A DNA stretch of 54,362 nt from a virus (IMGVR_UViG_3300012348_000091:1-54362), one strand, 5' to 3'. Positions 8,419-16,890 are shown, counted from the stretch's first letter. The notes: generated by a model from the letters alone, not told the origin. Program-made: numbers and translations.

Positions 8419-8598
8419 CTAGCCCTTGATGCTCAGGGGGCAGAGGCGATGGCCCACATTCAGCACGGTGCCGTTGCCGTATTTGCACATCTGCTGGCCG
8501 TTCTCATACCACTGCGCGGTCAGGTAGTAGGTCATCTGCTGTGCAACTACCGGCGTAGCGGTAAGAGCCAGTGCGGCTGCGATAACGATCTTCTTCAT
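8419..8598 (-). CDS. Small secreted protein with two cysteines
   Basis: Signal peptide MKKIVIAAALALTATPVVA; RBS AAGGAG. Confidence 0.7.
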   Translation of the reverse strand: MKKIVIAAALALTATPVVAQQMTYYLTAQWYENGQQMCKYGNGTVLNVGHRLCPLSIKG

Positions 8599-8822
8599 TT
8601 GTATTCTCCTTCTCCAATGAACGTAGCAACCTGCCTCATCCCGTGCTTCCTGAGCCACGTGGTGATGGCGTCCACTTCAGCCTTCACGGCGATGTCGATC
8701 TCTAGCTGCCGCGCTGCGGCTTGCGCATCGAGCACACTGTCGAACCACAGCACCCCACCATTGAGGTCGCGTATCCAATATTGTTGCTCTTTCTCCGACC
8801 AATGTGCTTTCGGTGTTGTCAC
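8595..8822 (-). CDS. Hypothetical protein
   Basis: Overlap-coupled ORF in the early operon. Confidence 0.6.
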   Translation of the reverse strand: MTTPKAHWSEKEQQYWIRDLNGGVLWFDSVLDAQAAARQLEIDIAVKAEVDAITTWLRKHGMRQVATFIGEGEYK

Positions 8823-8944
8823 CAGTCCTCTCCCTCATCAATCAGTTCCGGCATATTCTCACGCAGCCATAGGAGGCGGCGGTATTCGGCCATGTAGTCA
8901 GCTTGCCTCTCGGCCCAGCGGACGAGGTAGCTGTCGGGGATCAT
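8819..8944 (-). CDS. 41-aa protein, paralog copy A
   Basis: MIPDSYLVRWAERQADYMAEYRRLLWLRENMPELIDEGEDW; 4-nt overlaps on both sides. Confidence 0.7.
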   Translation of the reverse strand: MIPDSYLVRWAERQADYMAEYRRLLWLRENMPELIDEGEDW

Positions 8945-9123
8945 GCGCGCGGCTCCGCGAGTGCGGCGCGGGCGTATTGCCTAGCCACCGCGCAAGCATC
9001 TGGATCAATCGCCAGCGCGGCAAACAAACCCCGCAGCCGCTCGTTCTCGGCAGTCAGGGCTTCGATGCGGTCGGCTTGCTCCTTGCAGGTGGCGCAAAAA
9101 TTAGTGCGAATGTTGTCGGTCAT
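8941..9123 (-). CDS. Small coiled-coil protein
   Basis: CxxC plus RIEALTAENERLR. Confidence 0.6.
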   Translation of the reverse strand: MTDNIRTNFCATCKEQADRIEALTAENERLRGLFAALAIDPDACAVARQYARAALAEPRA

Positions 9124-9413
9124 TTCCCGTCTCCCTTCATTGCGCGGATGGTGGTGGCGATGCGGGAGCTATCCGTTTCGGTTAGATGCTCTGTCAGGCC
9201 ACGTACCGACTTGGCCCATTCTAGTGCGCGTTCATGGAAACAATCCGCCACCTTCGCCGCTTCCTCCAACACCTCATCCCTCACCGCTGCGAGGTGGGTG
9301 CGCAGCCGCTCGTTCTCGGCAGTCAGTGCTTCGATGCGTCCGCACAGTTCTATAACTTGTGTGTGCCTTGCGGCCTTCTTGCTGAGAACCCGCTTCACCA
9401 GATCGTCGGTCAT
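9120..9413 (-). CDS. Small coiled-coil protein
   Basis: MTDDLVKR...RIEALTAENERLR...LEEAAKVA; ATGA overlap. Confidence 0.6.
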   Translation of the reverse strand: MTDDLVKRVLSKKAARHTQVIELCGRIEALTAENERLRTHLAAVRDEVLEEAAKVADCFHERALEWAKSVRGLTEHLTETDSSRIATTIRAMKGDGK

Positions 9414-9700
9414 TTCCCAAACTCCTCTTCCCAAAGTTCGATGGCGCGGACGCAATGGTTAATTTCGCGCTCCGTAGCGGCTTCCGCCAGTGTGGGACTA
9501 CCATGTGATATTGCTTGCACCGCACACAGCAGCTTGCGATCTGGCGGCGGCTGTTCGTAGCGTTCGATCATGTCGCAGAGGGCGCGAAAGGTGCCATGGT
9601 TTTCATAGTAACTGCGCAGATTGCCAACGGTGTCGTCCCATTCGCTCCGCTTCCCAGCTTCGATAAGCACCCAGTCGGGCGGTGTTTGCTTGTCGGTCAT
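9410..9700 (-). CDS. Hypothetical protein
   Basis: MTDKQTPPDW; ATGA overlaps. Confidence 0.6.
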   Translation of the reverse strand: MTDKQTPPDWVLIEAGKRSEWDDTVGNLRSYYENHGTFRALCDMIERYEQPPPDRKLLCAVQAISHGSPTLAEAATEREINHCVRAIELWEEEFGK

Positions 9701-9942
9701 TTCGTCTCTCTCAGTGCGGCGCGGGCGCTCTTCTTTACGTCTAGCACAAGATCATCAATTGCGACTTGCGCCCTATGGTAGTGCGATCCGACAATGTCGA
9801 TCGTGTTGGCGAGGTGAGCCAACGCCTCCCGCAGCCGCTTGATCTCAGCCGCTTGGGCTTCGATGGTGTCGGTAATGGTATCGTCATGCCCGCAGGTGCA
9901 GGTGTATTCTCGGCCAGAACAGCCACGTTCGTGGTCACTCAC
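9697..9942 (-). CDS. Hypothetical Cys/His-rich coiled-coil protein
   Basis: DHERGCSGREYTCTCG then IEAQAAEIKRLREAL; GTG start overlaps the upstream stop. Confidence 0.6.
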   Translation of the reverse strand: MSDHERGCSGREYTCTCGHDDTITDTIEAQAAEIKRLREALAHLANTIDIVGSHYHRAQVAIDDLVLDVKKSARAALRETK

Positions 9943-10064
9943 CACTCATCTCCCTCATCAATCAGTTCTGGCATGTGCTCACGCAGCCATAGGAGGCGGC
10001 GATATTCGGCCACGTAGTCAGCCTGCCGCTCGGCCCACTCGGCTAGGTAGCGGTCAGGGATCAT
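9939..10064 (-). CDS. 41-aa protein, paralog copy B
   Basis: MIPDRYLAEWAERQADYVAEYRRLLWLREHMPELIDEGDEW; diverged direct repeat of 8819..8944. Confidence 0.7.
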   Translation of the reverse strand: MIPDRYLAEWAERQADYVAEYRRLLWLREHMPELIDEGDEW

Positions 10065-10357
10065 ACCCCCGTCACCTTCACAATCTCAGGTTGCCACATG
10101 GATATCTTCTCCACTTTCTTCTCGTAGAGAGGATGCCGTTCCATGATGTATTCGGCCCGCTGCACACCATACATGACGGTGGCATGGTCGCGGCCTAGGA
10201 ACCTACCTATCCTTGTGTAAGACCAGCCGCGCATCCGCAGGGCTGCGTAGAGGGCGAAGCGGGCTTCGACGATAGGTTTGCTACGCTTCGGACTCACTAG
10301 GTCTTTGACCGGCACCCCAAACAAGGTGGCACACAGCTTGATGATCTCGCCCTTCAT
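10061..10357 (-). CDS. Stand-alone DnaA domain IV-like HTH protein
   Basis: DLVSPKRSKPIVEAR...SYTRIGRFLGRDHATVMYG resembles the DnaA RDHTTV signature. Confidence 0.8.
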   Translation of the reverse strand: MKGEIIKLCATLFGVPVKDLVSPKRSKPIVEARFALYAALRMRGWSYTRIGRFLGRDHATVMYGVQRAEYIMERHPLYEKKVEKISMWQPEIVKVTGV

Positions 10358-10680
10358 TGGGTGTCGCTCTTTATGATAGAAGTGCCCTGCTTCAGCTTAC
10401 GGATAAGCTCCGGCAGGGTATCCCAGTTGGTCTCGTTAACCACCACAGCCACGCCGCCAGCGAGACGGATGTTCTCGATCTCGCGCACTTGTAGGGCGGT
10501 CGGCTTGTTGGTGCCTGCCTTGCACTCGATGGCGAGGAACAGCCCGTTGAGGCAGGCCACGATGTCAGGCACACCGCTACGTCCGTAGCCGTGGGTTGCG
10601 GGAAAGAAGTAGTAAGCACCCTCAGCCTTGAGGATGCCCACAACCTTATCTTTCACCTTTTTCTCAGGTGTAGCTGCCAT
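10354..10680 (-). CDS. VRR-NUC nuclease / Holliday junction resolvase-like
   Basis: PEKKVK...SGVPDI...AIECKAG..KPTALQ. Confidence 0.85.
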   Translation of the reverse strand: MAATPEKKVKDKVVGILKAEGAYYFFPATHGYGRSGVPDIVACLNGLFLAIECKAGTNKPTALQVREIENIRLAGGVAVVVNETNWDTLPELIRKLKQGTSIIKSDTQ

Positions 10681-10702
10681 TGAAGTTGCTCCTTCGCTCG
10701 CT

Positions 10703-10730
10703 GTGATATCGCACTGTTATACACTGTCAA
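10703..10730 (-). promoter_or_regulatory. Possible sigma70 promoter
   Basis: TTGACA-N16-TATCAC upstream of the VRR-NUC RBS. Confidence 0.45.
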
Positions 10731-10736
10731 CCCCCA

Positions 10737-11624
10737 TCATTTAGCATTTGACTCATCTTTCTTATCGGTAACGAAGTAGAGGTTAGAGTTGATACGCACG
10801 CCCACGCCGTCGATGTATGCGCTGTCTTGAACCAGCTTGAGCAGGCCCAGCGCACCGCGCAGGTGGTCGGTCAGCGTATCTTCGGTCATGCTCTCGGTCT
10901 TGTAGATGGCATTGAGGTTGCGCACCGTCAGATAGGTTCCATTAGGCTCGATCCGAACCACAAGACCTTCACCCTGCTCCAAGGCCACTTGTAGGTCGTA
11001 TCCCTCGTTATTAGCTTCGGTCAGTGCGGGCAGGTCGATCTTGGCTACGTCCGCACCCAGATGGTGCTTGATGGTCTCCCAGTTGCGAACAGCGTAGGCG
11101 AACAGTTCGTCCTCGACGGCACTCTTGGCCCGGCGGTAGGGCCAGTTGGTATTGTTCCGCACCGTGTGCACTACGCCGCGCGTCTCATTGAAGGCATCAA
11201 CTGCACGTTCCATAGGGGTCTTGAGGTGGAACGCCTTGACGATCCGCTTGGCTGCCACGTCCGGCTTGATTGAGTAGTTCGCACTGCCACGCTCCCGGGA
11301 CTTCTGTAATCGGAAGTTGTCGAAGTTGTAGCGGTAGCTGCCGTCACGGTAGCTCACCTCCGTCCACACCCGCCCCAGTTGCTCGTCACCATCGTAGATG
11401 ATGAAGGTGTCCACCTTGGGGGTTCTGCTGGTGTAGAGGTTCTGCGTCGATTTGTAGCGCCATGTGGGTCGCTCCTTGAGCAGGTGATCCAGCACAGGCA
11501 CTATGGCCGGATGCAGGGTGATCTCACGATCCGGATACTCAGGGCGTTCAAGTCCTTCCTCGTGCACAATGTTCTTGAGGCTATTGAGGTAGGTGTAGCG
11601 ATTCTTCATGTCGTCGATAAACAT
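10737..11624 (-). CDS. Hypothetical protein
   Basis: 295-aa ORF with GGAG RBS. Confidence 0.75.
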   Translation of the reverse strand: MFIDDMKNRYTYLNSLKNIVHEEGLERPEYPDREITLHPAIVPVLDHLLKERPTWRYKSTQNLYTSRTPKVDTFIIYDGDEQLGRVWTEVSYRDGSYRYNFDNFRLQKSRERGSANYSIKPDVAAKRIVKAFHLKTPMERAVDAFNETRGVVHTVRNNTNWPYRRAKSAVEDELFAYAVRNWETIKHHLGADVAKIDLPALTEANNEGYDLQVALEQGEGLVVRIEPNGTYLTVRNLNAIYKTESMTEDTLTDHLRGALGLLKLVQDSAYIDGVGVRINSNLYFVTDKKDESNAK

Positions 11625-11653
11625 TAGCTTGCTCCGTCTATTTTACGTGTTGC

Positions 11654-12508
11654 TTACCACTCGTATGACTTGAGGATGGCGTCGAGCTTACCCTTGACGT
11701 CCTCGCGGGTGGTCACGCTCTCCTTGATGTCTTCGATCTCGACACCAGAGATGGCCCGCTCCAGCCCGCGCCGTGCTTCCTCCAACTGAGGGTCACGGGT
11801 CACGTTGAGGTGGGTCAGCATCTGGCACATCTCATGGGCGTTGGTCAGGAAGGTGTCGTGCCAGCGGCGCTTGTCTTCCTCATCCTCCGGCTCGACCAAC
11901 TTGTCGGACATACGCGACACCATGTCGTGCAGCTTGCCCCACTGCTCCTGCATGGCGATAGCTACGCGCTCGTCGGCCTGCGCCTGATACTGCTGCTGCA
12001 TGGACACCATCTCCTGCGCGGGCAGGTCTATGCGGAAGTCACCAGCGTCAGGCACGGGCGAGAACACAAGGCGGTATCCGAACTTGGCCCGCACCTCGTC
12101 GGACTCCGGGTAGTCCGTCTGATCGAACAGGTCGCCAAGGTAGTTGTGCGCGGTCTGCACCAGCCGGGGGTAGGCCAGCAGGAACTCATCGACCTTGCTA
12201 TCGAAGTAGGCTTGGCGGGCGTTGGCCTCGGTCTTGTAGTCCATGAACAGACTGGTGGGCAGGAGGCGAGGGCCACGGTCAGCCCACGGCATCGTGCGGG
12301 AGCTATGCCACAGGCGGCAGCCCGAAGCGTAGTCAGCGATCTGCTTACGCAGGGTGCTCCCAGCCATGAGGTTCTTGCGGAAGTGCCCAGCGTCAGATGC
12401 TGCGCGGTTGTCGTCCATCACCTTGCGGCTGGCGTCCTTGTCGATCTTGTTGGCTGTCCAGACTGAGATGTTCATCTCAACCAGCATGGCGGCATGTGAT
12501 ATGCTCAT
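11654..12508 (-). CDS. DUF3150-like protein
   Basis: MLVEMNISVWTANK...TMPWADRGPRLLP...DYP...VRAKF; start moved to ATG 12508 behind AAGGAG. Confidence 0.6.
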   Translation of the reverse strand: MSISHAAMLVEMNISVWTANKIDKDASRKVMDDNRAASDAGHFRKNLMAGSTLRKQIADYASGCRLWHSSRTMPWADRGPRLLPTSLFMDYKTEANARQAYFDSKVDEFLLAYPRLVQTAHNYLGDLFDQTDYPESDEVRAKFGYRLVFSPVPDAGDFRIDLPAQEMVSMQQQYQAQADERVAIAMQEQWGKLHDMVSRMSDKLVEPEDEEDKRRWHDTFLTNAHEMCQMLTHLNVTRDPQLEEARRGLERAISGVEIEDIKESVTTREDVKGKLDAILKSYEW

Positions 12509-12522
12509 TGTTTGCTCCTTAT

Positions 12523-12536
12523 CATACTCGGGTATG
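12523..12536 (-). promoter_or_regulatory. Early-arm motif copy 1 (CATACCCGAGTATG on minus)
   Basis: Directly 5' of the RBS of 11654..12508. Confidence 0.7.
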
Positions 12537-12785
12537 CTACTTGCGCAGTGGGATCGGATTGGGTTGTGCGTGCATGACTTGAGTGTAGGCTTCCAGTTCA
12601 TCCCGCGCCCATGTCTTGACCACATACTTGAGGCCATCTGCGCATTTGTAGACAACGGAGTAGTATCTCAGCCCCCGACTTATCGCCTCGTTGGCGAACC
12701 GGTCATAAAAAGGGTCGTGCTCAACGCTCACGATCTCCACAGGCTCCGGTATGCTATGCTCCGGTATGCTATGCTCCTCCATCAC
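12537..12785 (-). CDS. Hypothetical protein
   Basis: Overlap-coupled to the AAA gene; EHSIP tandem repeat. Confidence 0.55.
   Translation of the reverse strand: MMEEHSIPEHSIPEPVEIVSVEHDPFYDRFANEAISRGLRYYSVVYKCADGLKYVVKTWARDELEAYTQVMHAQPNPIPLRK
12743..12777. repeat. 15-bp tandem repeat, about 2.3 copies
   Basis: gctccggtatgctat twice plus gctcc; resembles the early-arm motif. Confidence 0.8.
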
Positions 12786-13858
12786 AGGATGTCCTGATTC
12801 TCACGCGCCCAGTCGGTGAACGCCTTGTTGGTGAAGGCGATCTTCTGCTTGGACTTCGACCGTGCCAGCGTGGTGCAGAACACCGCCTGATGCTCGGCCC
12901 CCAGCCGGGTCACATACTTCATGATCGGCGTGATGGTGTCGGTATCGACTGCACGTTCGAGGTTGAACAGCAGCGTGATGATTGCCCCTACTGACGTAGG
13001 GATGTTGGCCGATTCGGGCGTCTTGATGATCGACTCGCGGGTCGGGATGTCATCCTGAAACGCAATGAACGCCTCGATGTCACGCGCACCAGCCTCACCA
13101 ATGGTGCCGATCAACGCTGCGGCCAGCGTGTTCTGGCTGATCTTGTCGCGCTTCCAAATGACGTTGGACGCAAGTTGCAGGGAGCGGGGCGTGATGAACT
13201 TACCCTGCACCCGGCGCGGGTTGTAGACGTAGGGGTTGTCGATGTCGAAGTCATCGTCGCGGAACGAGGACAGCACGGTCGGGGTCTGGTCAACCCACGC
13301 CATGAGCGCAGGGTGCACCTCGTTCTCGGCAGCCCACGGCAGCCACTCGTTTGCGTTGGCCTTGCGCACCTCGACCACAGTCAGACGGTCGATGCTGTGA
13401 TCCAGCATCATGTCGCCCAGCCCTTCCTCGGACAGGTTGGTCGTGAGGAAGACGATGCTACCCTCCGGCAAGTAGGTGTCTTGGATGCGCTTGCCGTCCA
13501 CCTCTAGCAGGGTGTGCATCATGTTCTGGATGGAGCGCGGAGCCTTGCCGAACTCGTCCAGCATTATGACCACGGGCTTGCCAGTATGCAGCTTGAGCGC
13601 GGTGTTGATGAAGAACTCCATGACCTTGCGCTCGCGGTCAGGGAACGGGATGGCAGTGTCGCCCTCGGACTTGTTGCCCATATCGAAGTAGGCATACTCG
13701 TAGCCTGCGCCCAAGAACTCAGGCAGCATCTTCATGATAGAAGACTTGCCGATGCCCTTCTCACCCTTGAGCAGGATGGTGTTGGTGGTGCCGATGGCGG
13801 CGATAAGCTCGGCAGCTTCACGAAGCGAGATGCGCGAACCAAAGTTGATGATGCTCAT
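12782..13858 (-). CDS. MoxR-like AAA+ ATPase
   Basis: Walker A GEKGIGKS, Walker B VIMLDEF, sensor TTN, TPRS. Confidence 0.85.
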   Translation of the reverse strand: MSIINFGSRISLREAAELIAAIGTTNTILLKGEKGIGKSSIMKMLPEFLGAGYEYAYFDMGNKSEGDTAIPFPDRERKVMEFFINTALKLHTGKPVVIMLDEFGKAPRSIQNMMHTLLEVDGKRIQDTYLPEGSIVFLTTNLSEEGLGDMMLDHSIDRLTVVEVRKANANEWLPWAAENEVHPALMAWVDQTPTVLSSFRDDDFDIDNPYVYNPRRVQGKFITPRSLQLASNVIWKRDKISQNTLAAALIGTIGEAGARDIEAFIAFQDDIPTRESIIKTPESANIPTSVGAIITLLFNLERAVDTDTITPIMKYVTRLGAEHQAVFCTTLARSKSKQKIAFTNKAFTDWARENQDIL

Positions 13859-13891
13859 GTGTTTGCTCCTTGGTTGTATCTAGGTATTTAC

Positions 13892-14485
13892 TTAGGCTGC
13901 CTTCTTACCCTTCGGGGGCAGGCCAAACTTCTTGTTGATGTCGGCCACCTGCACCACAGGCAGCGTCCGCTCGCCTTCGGGTATCAAGTCACCGATCACT
14001 TCCATCGCTTCGGGCCATGCCTCGGCCAGCTTCTTACCCGTTGTGCAGGTGTTCAACACAGCCATCGCCTCGTTGTATGCGGTCTCGCACACACCATCGA
14101 ACGCGCGCTTCTTATCGAAGTGGGTCTTTAGCTCCTCGATCAGCTTCTCGTCGGTGATGTTGTGGGCCATGAAAGAATCGACCAGCAGCACGGCGGGGCG
14201 CGGTGCGCTCTGGACGTTAACCCAGCGCGAACTGAACCCGCCACCCACCGTCACACGGTAGCCACCAGCGTTCACGGTCATGCGCTCGGCCCTGTTGAAC
14301 GCTTCGGGGAACTCCTTGCGCACCCCTTCCATGTGGTTGACCATAGCTTCGGAGTAGCGGTGCTTGTAGGCGCGGTCGAACAGCGCTCGGTCGGTATACA
14401 TAATCTCCTTGGCCTCGTCGTTGTAGCGGTGCGCCACCAGCTTGCGGGCCATCTGTTCGCGGATGCTCTTGGTAAGCTTGCTCAT
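13892..14485 (-). CDS. Nmad5-like (nucleotide modification associated domain 5) protein
   Basis: N-terminal KLTKSIRE and C-terminal TTGKKLAEAWPEA...LPV...FGLP. Confidence 0.6.
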   Translation of the reverse strand: MSKLTKSIREQMARKLVAHRYNDEAKEIMYTDRALFDRAYKHRYSEAMVNHMEGVRKEFPEAFNRAERMTVNAGGYRVTVGGGFSSRWVNVQSAPRPAVLLVDSFMAHNITDEKLIEELKTHFDKKRAFDGVCETAYNEAMAVLNTCTTGKKLAEAWPEAMEVIGDLIPEGERTLPVVQVADINKKFGLPPKGKKAA

Positions 14486-14500
14486 TGTCTTGCTCCTTAT

Positions 14501-14514
14501 TATACTCAGGTATG
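14501..14514 (-). promoter_or_regulatory. Early-arm motif copy 2
   Basis: CATACCTGAGTATA-ATAAGGAG on minus, next to the RBS. Confidence 0.7.
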
Positions 14515-14521
14515 GTGAAAC

Positions 14522-15712
14522 TTACTGCACGTGGACGGTCTTGCCCGTGCCAGCGACGATGCTTGTGTTGCCTGCGATCACCCAGAGGATAGGCGCAGGC
14601 CAGTTGGTGCCCCACTCACCGAACACCTCACCGTCCGTCATCATGACGATGCAGTCAGGCTTGATGTTGTTGTCCTTGAGGTAACGCTGGACGCAGCTAG
14701 GGTCAGTGCCCCCGCCACCCACCGGACGCATCGCGTTCTCGATGGCGTCATAGTCACCCTGCTTGTATTCCTCATGGCCCGTGACGTGCCCATCCCAGTA
14801 TAGAAGATCGACGTGCTCCGGGTTGACCATGCGCGTGATGCCCACGAACTCGGAGAGTATCTTCTTCATGTCGGACGGACTGCCCGACCACATGGAGCCG
14901 GACAGGTCTGCGCCTACCACGATATGCCCAAGGTTCTCCCCGTATGTGGTGGGCAGAATCAGGTCGAGCGCATGGAACCTGCGGTTGATGCGCCGGTAGG
15001 TGGTGTCATCCTTACGTGCACAGTGGCTGGTGATGAACTCACGCAGCGCGTTCTTCCAGTCGATCTGCGGACGCAGTAGCTGACCGATCTCGGCAGGGGT
15101 GTTGCCGTTGCCCAGCCCACACTTCTTGGCCTCGGCCTCGCCGCGCCGCAGCGCATGGTCGATCTCCTTCTCCAGTGCGTCACGTTCTGCGTCGGGCAGG
15201 GACTGCGCGTCATCCCACCCATGCTCATCGAAGCTTTGGCCACCGCCCCCATTCGTATCCTGCTTTAGCAGGTCGAAGACTTGCCGCGCCGACATGCCAT
15301 CGAACCGCTTATCGTATAGCCCCAGCCTGCTACCGTCTGGATTGCGCGGGAACTGCACGACAGACTCGCTAGGGTCGGCCTCAATGATGATGCGGTTAAC
15401 GACGTAGTCGCAAGCACGGTTGGCTAGATCGTGGTCTTCCTCGAACAGCTTGCGCCATGTCTTGAGGTGGCGCAGCCCCTTGTGCACTGCCTCATGCAGG
15501 CAGACGAAGCTGAGTTGCTGCACGGGTAGCATATCGACGAAGGCACGTCCGTAAACCTCATCGCGCCCGTTAGTGTAGGCGGTCCGGGTCTTGTCGCAGA
15601 TGCTGGTCTTACCGATTGCCATGACGCCAGACCAGAGCCGCAGGCCCGGCAGGGTCGAACGCATGACGTTGATCTTGGCTTTCTTGAGCTTGCGCTCGGC
15701 GGTGATGCTCAT
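14522..15712 (-). CDS. DUF2201-type metallopeptidase plus VWA domain protein
   Basis: TAYTNG, HEAVH (HExxH), MIDAS DLSGSM, GGGGTD, MTDG. Confidence 0.85.
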   Translation of the reverse strand: MSITAERKLKKAKINVMRSTLPGLRLWSGVMAIGKTSICDKTRTAYTNGRDEVYGRAFVDMLPVQQLSFVCLHEAVHKGLRHLKTWRKLFEEDHDLANRACDYVVNRIIIEADPSESVVQFPRNPDGSRLGLYDKRFDGMSARQVFDLLKQDTNGGGGQSFDEHGWDDAQSLPDAERDALEKEIDHALRRGEAEAKKCGLGNGNTPAEIGQLLRPQIDWKNALREFITSHCARKDDTTYRRINRRFHALDLILPTTYGENLGHIVVGADLSGSMWSGSPSDMKKILSEFVGITRMVNPEHVDLLYWDGHVTGHEEYKQGDYDAIENAMRPVGGGGTDPSCVQRYLKDNNIKPDCIVMMTDGEVFGEWGTNWPAPILWVIAGNTSIVAGTGKTVHVQ

Positions 15713-15735
15713 CGTTTTGCTCCCGATGAAGTTAT

Positions 15736-15749
15736 CATACTCAGGTATG
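15736..15749 (-). promoter_or_regulatory. Early-arm motif copy 3
   Basis: CATACCTGAGTATG between the promoter and the RBS. Confidence 0.7.
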
Positions 15750-15791
15750 GTAGGTGGGTAGCGGGCGGTCTCACTTCCGCCCTGCCCCTAG

Positions 15792-15820
15792 TATGTAGCA
15801 GAGTAGCTACACAATGTCAA
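15792..15820 (-). promoter_or_regulatory. Sigma70-type early promoter
   Basis: TTGACA-N17-TACATA with an extended -10 TG. Confidence 0.7.
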
Positions 15821-15844
15821 GTTACTCCCCGTCTCGTTTACCCC

Positions 15845-16003
15845 TCACTCACTCATCTCGTCGATGGTGTCACGCCGGATGGTATCGAGGCGCTCGGCCA
15901 TAACGGTAGCTAGTTCCTGCCAGTCCACGTTGATGCCGTAGCGGATTTCTTCTTGCAGTTGGCGCGTGTCCATACTGCGGTAGTCGTTGCGGTCTTTACG
16001 CAT
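15845..16003 (-). CDS. Hypothetical protein
   Basis: MRKDRNDY, GGAG RBS. Confidence 0.55.
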   Translation of the reverse strand: MRKDRNDYRSMDTRQLQEEIRYGINVDWQELATVMAERLDTIRRDTIDEMSE

Positions 16004-16121
16004 TGGTCTGCTCCGTAATAAAGTGCATCCACCGGCCCAGCTTGTCGGCACGGCGATAGAGTTGGGGGTTGGCGAAGCCACCTAAGTCATACCAACGCCT
16101 CTTGGTTATCCTCCTACCCAT
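15996..16121 (-). CDS. Hypothetical protein
   Basis: MGRRITKRRWYDLGG, GGAG RBS. Confidence 0.5.
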   Translation of the reverse strand: MGRRITKRRWYDLGGFANPQLYRRADKLGRWMHFITEQTNA

Positions 16122-16350
16122 TGGCTTGCTCCCACATGGCTTGCTCGGCTTGGTTCTCGATGCGGAGGCGCTCCTCGTTGTCCAACTGGATGCGTAGGTG
16201 ATCCTTGTTGAACCCCCAGTGTCCGGTCGCTCGGCCATACTCGGTGCAGGCTTTGGCTAGGTCGCGCTCCACCTCGCGTATCTCTTTACGCATGGCGTCA
16301 TAGCGGTGGAGTAGCGCGGCTGCGCGCTGCTTGGTGGTCGGGTTGGTCAT
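16114..16350 (-). CDS. Hypothetical coiled-coil protein
   Basis: MTNPTTK, purine-rich RBS. Confidence 0.6.
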   Translation of the reverse strand: MTNPTTKQRAAALLHRYDAMRKEIREVERDLAKACTEYGRATGHWGFNKDHLRIQLDNEERLRIENQAEQAMWEQANG

Positions 16351-16510
16351 TGGTCTTCCCTCTCAGTCTAAGGTTGCGATGCTGACGTGGAACGCCAGCT
16401 TCCATATGAAGATACCCAGCACCAGCGAGGCACCGGAATTTGAGCGCGTCACGGCCACGTGGATGGCCCCGATGGGCCACAGGCGCAGTGTCCACACGTG
16501 CATCTCTGGT

Positions 16511-16890
16511 TCAGTCAAAGGTGATCTCCCGTCTCACGCCCAGCCGGTAGCTACAGTAGTCGCTACGGGTCTCTTGGATGTCGTCAACTTGCTCCCCACC
16601 TCGACTAGCTCGAACGAGGCTAGGCCATCGCTACCGTTGGCATCGAAGCACTCGCAGAATGTGTCGAGTAGCCCGCGCACCGTATGCACGTGGCTATAGT
16701 CGGGATACCACTTCACATACTGGTAGGTGACAAGCACGTAGTCGTCACCCGTCTCGATCTTGGCTTCCCATTCGATCATGGCTTCTTTGGCCGGGTAGTT
16801 CTCGTCGAACCACAGCTTGAGCGAGGCGAGGGGCAGCTTCTCTGTGTCGTGTGAGTAGAACACGATGCGCACGTCTGATCTATATCCCAT
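16511..16890 (-). CDS. Hypothetical protein, possibly frameshifted near 16594-16597
   Basis: As read it stops at 16534; one extra G gives the tail GEQVDDIQETRSDYCSYRLGVRREITFD ending at 16511. Confidence 0.5.

Noticed and set aside
8383-9462. 359-aa plus-strand ORF
   Set aside because: Antisense to a chain of overlap-coupled minus-strand genes; no recognisable motifs.
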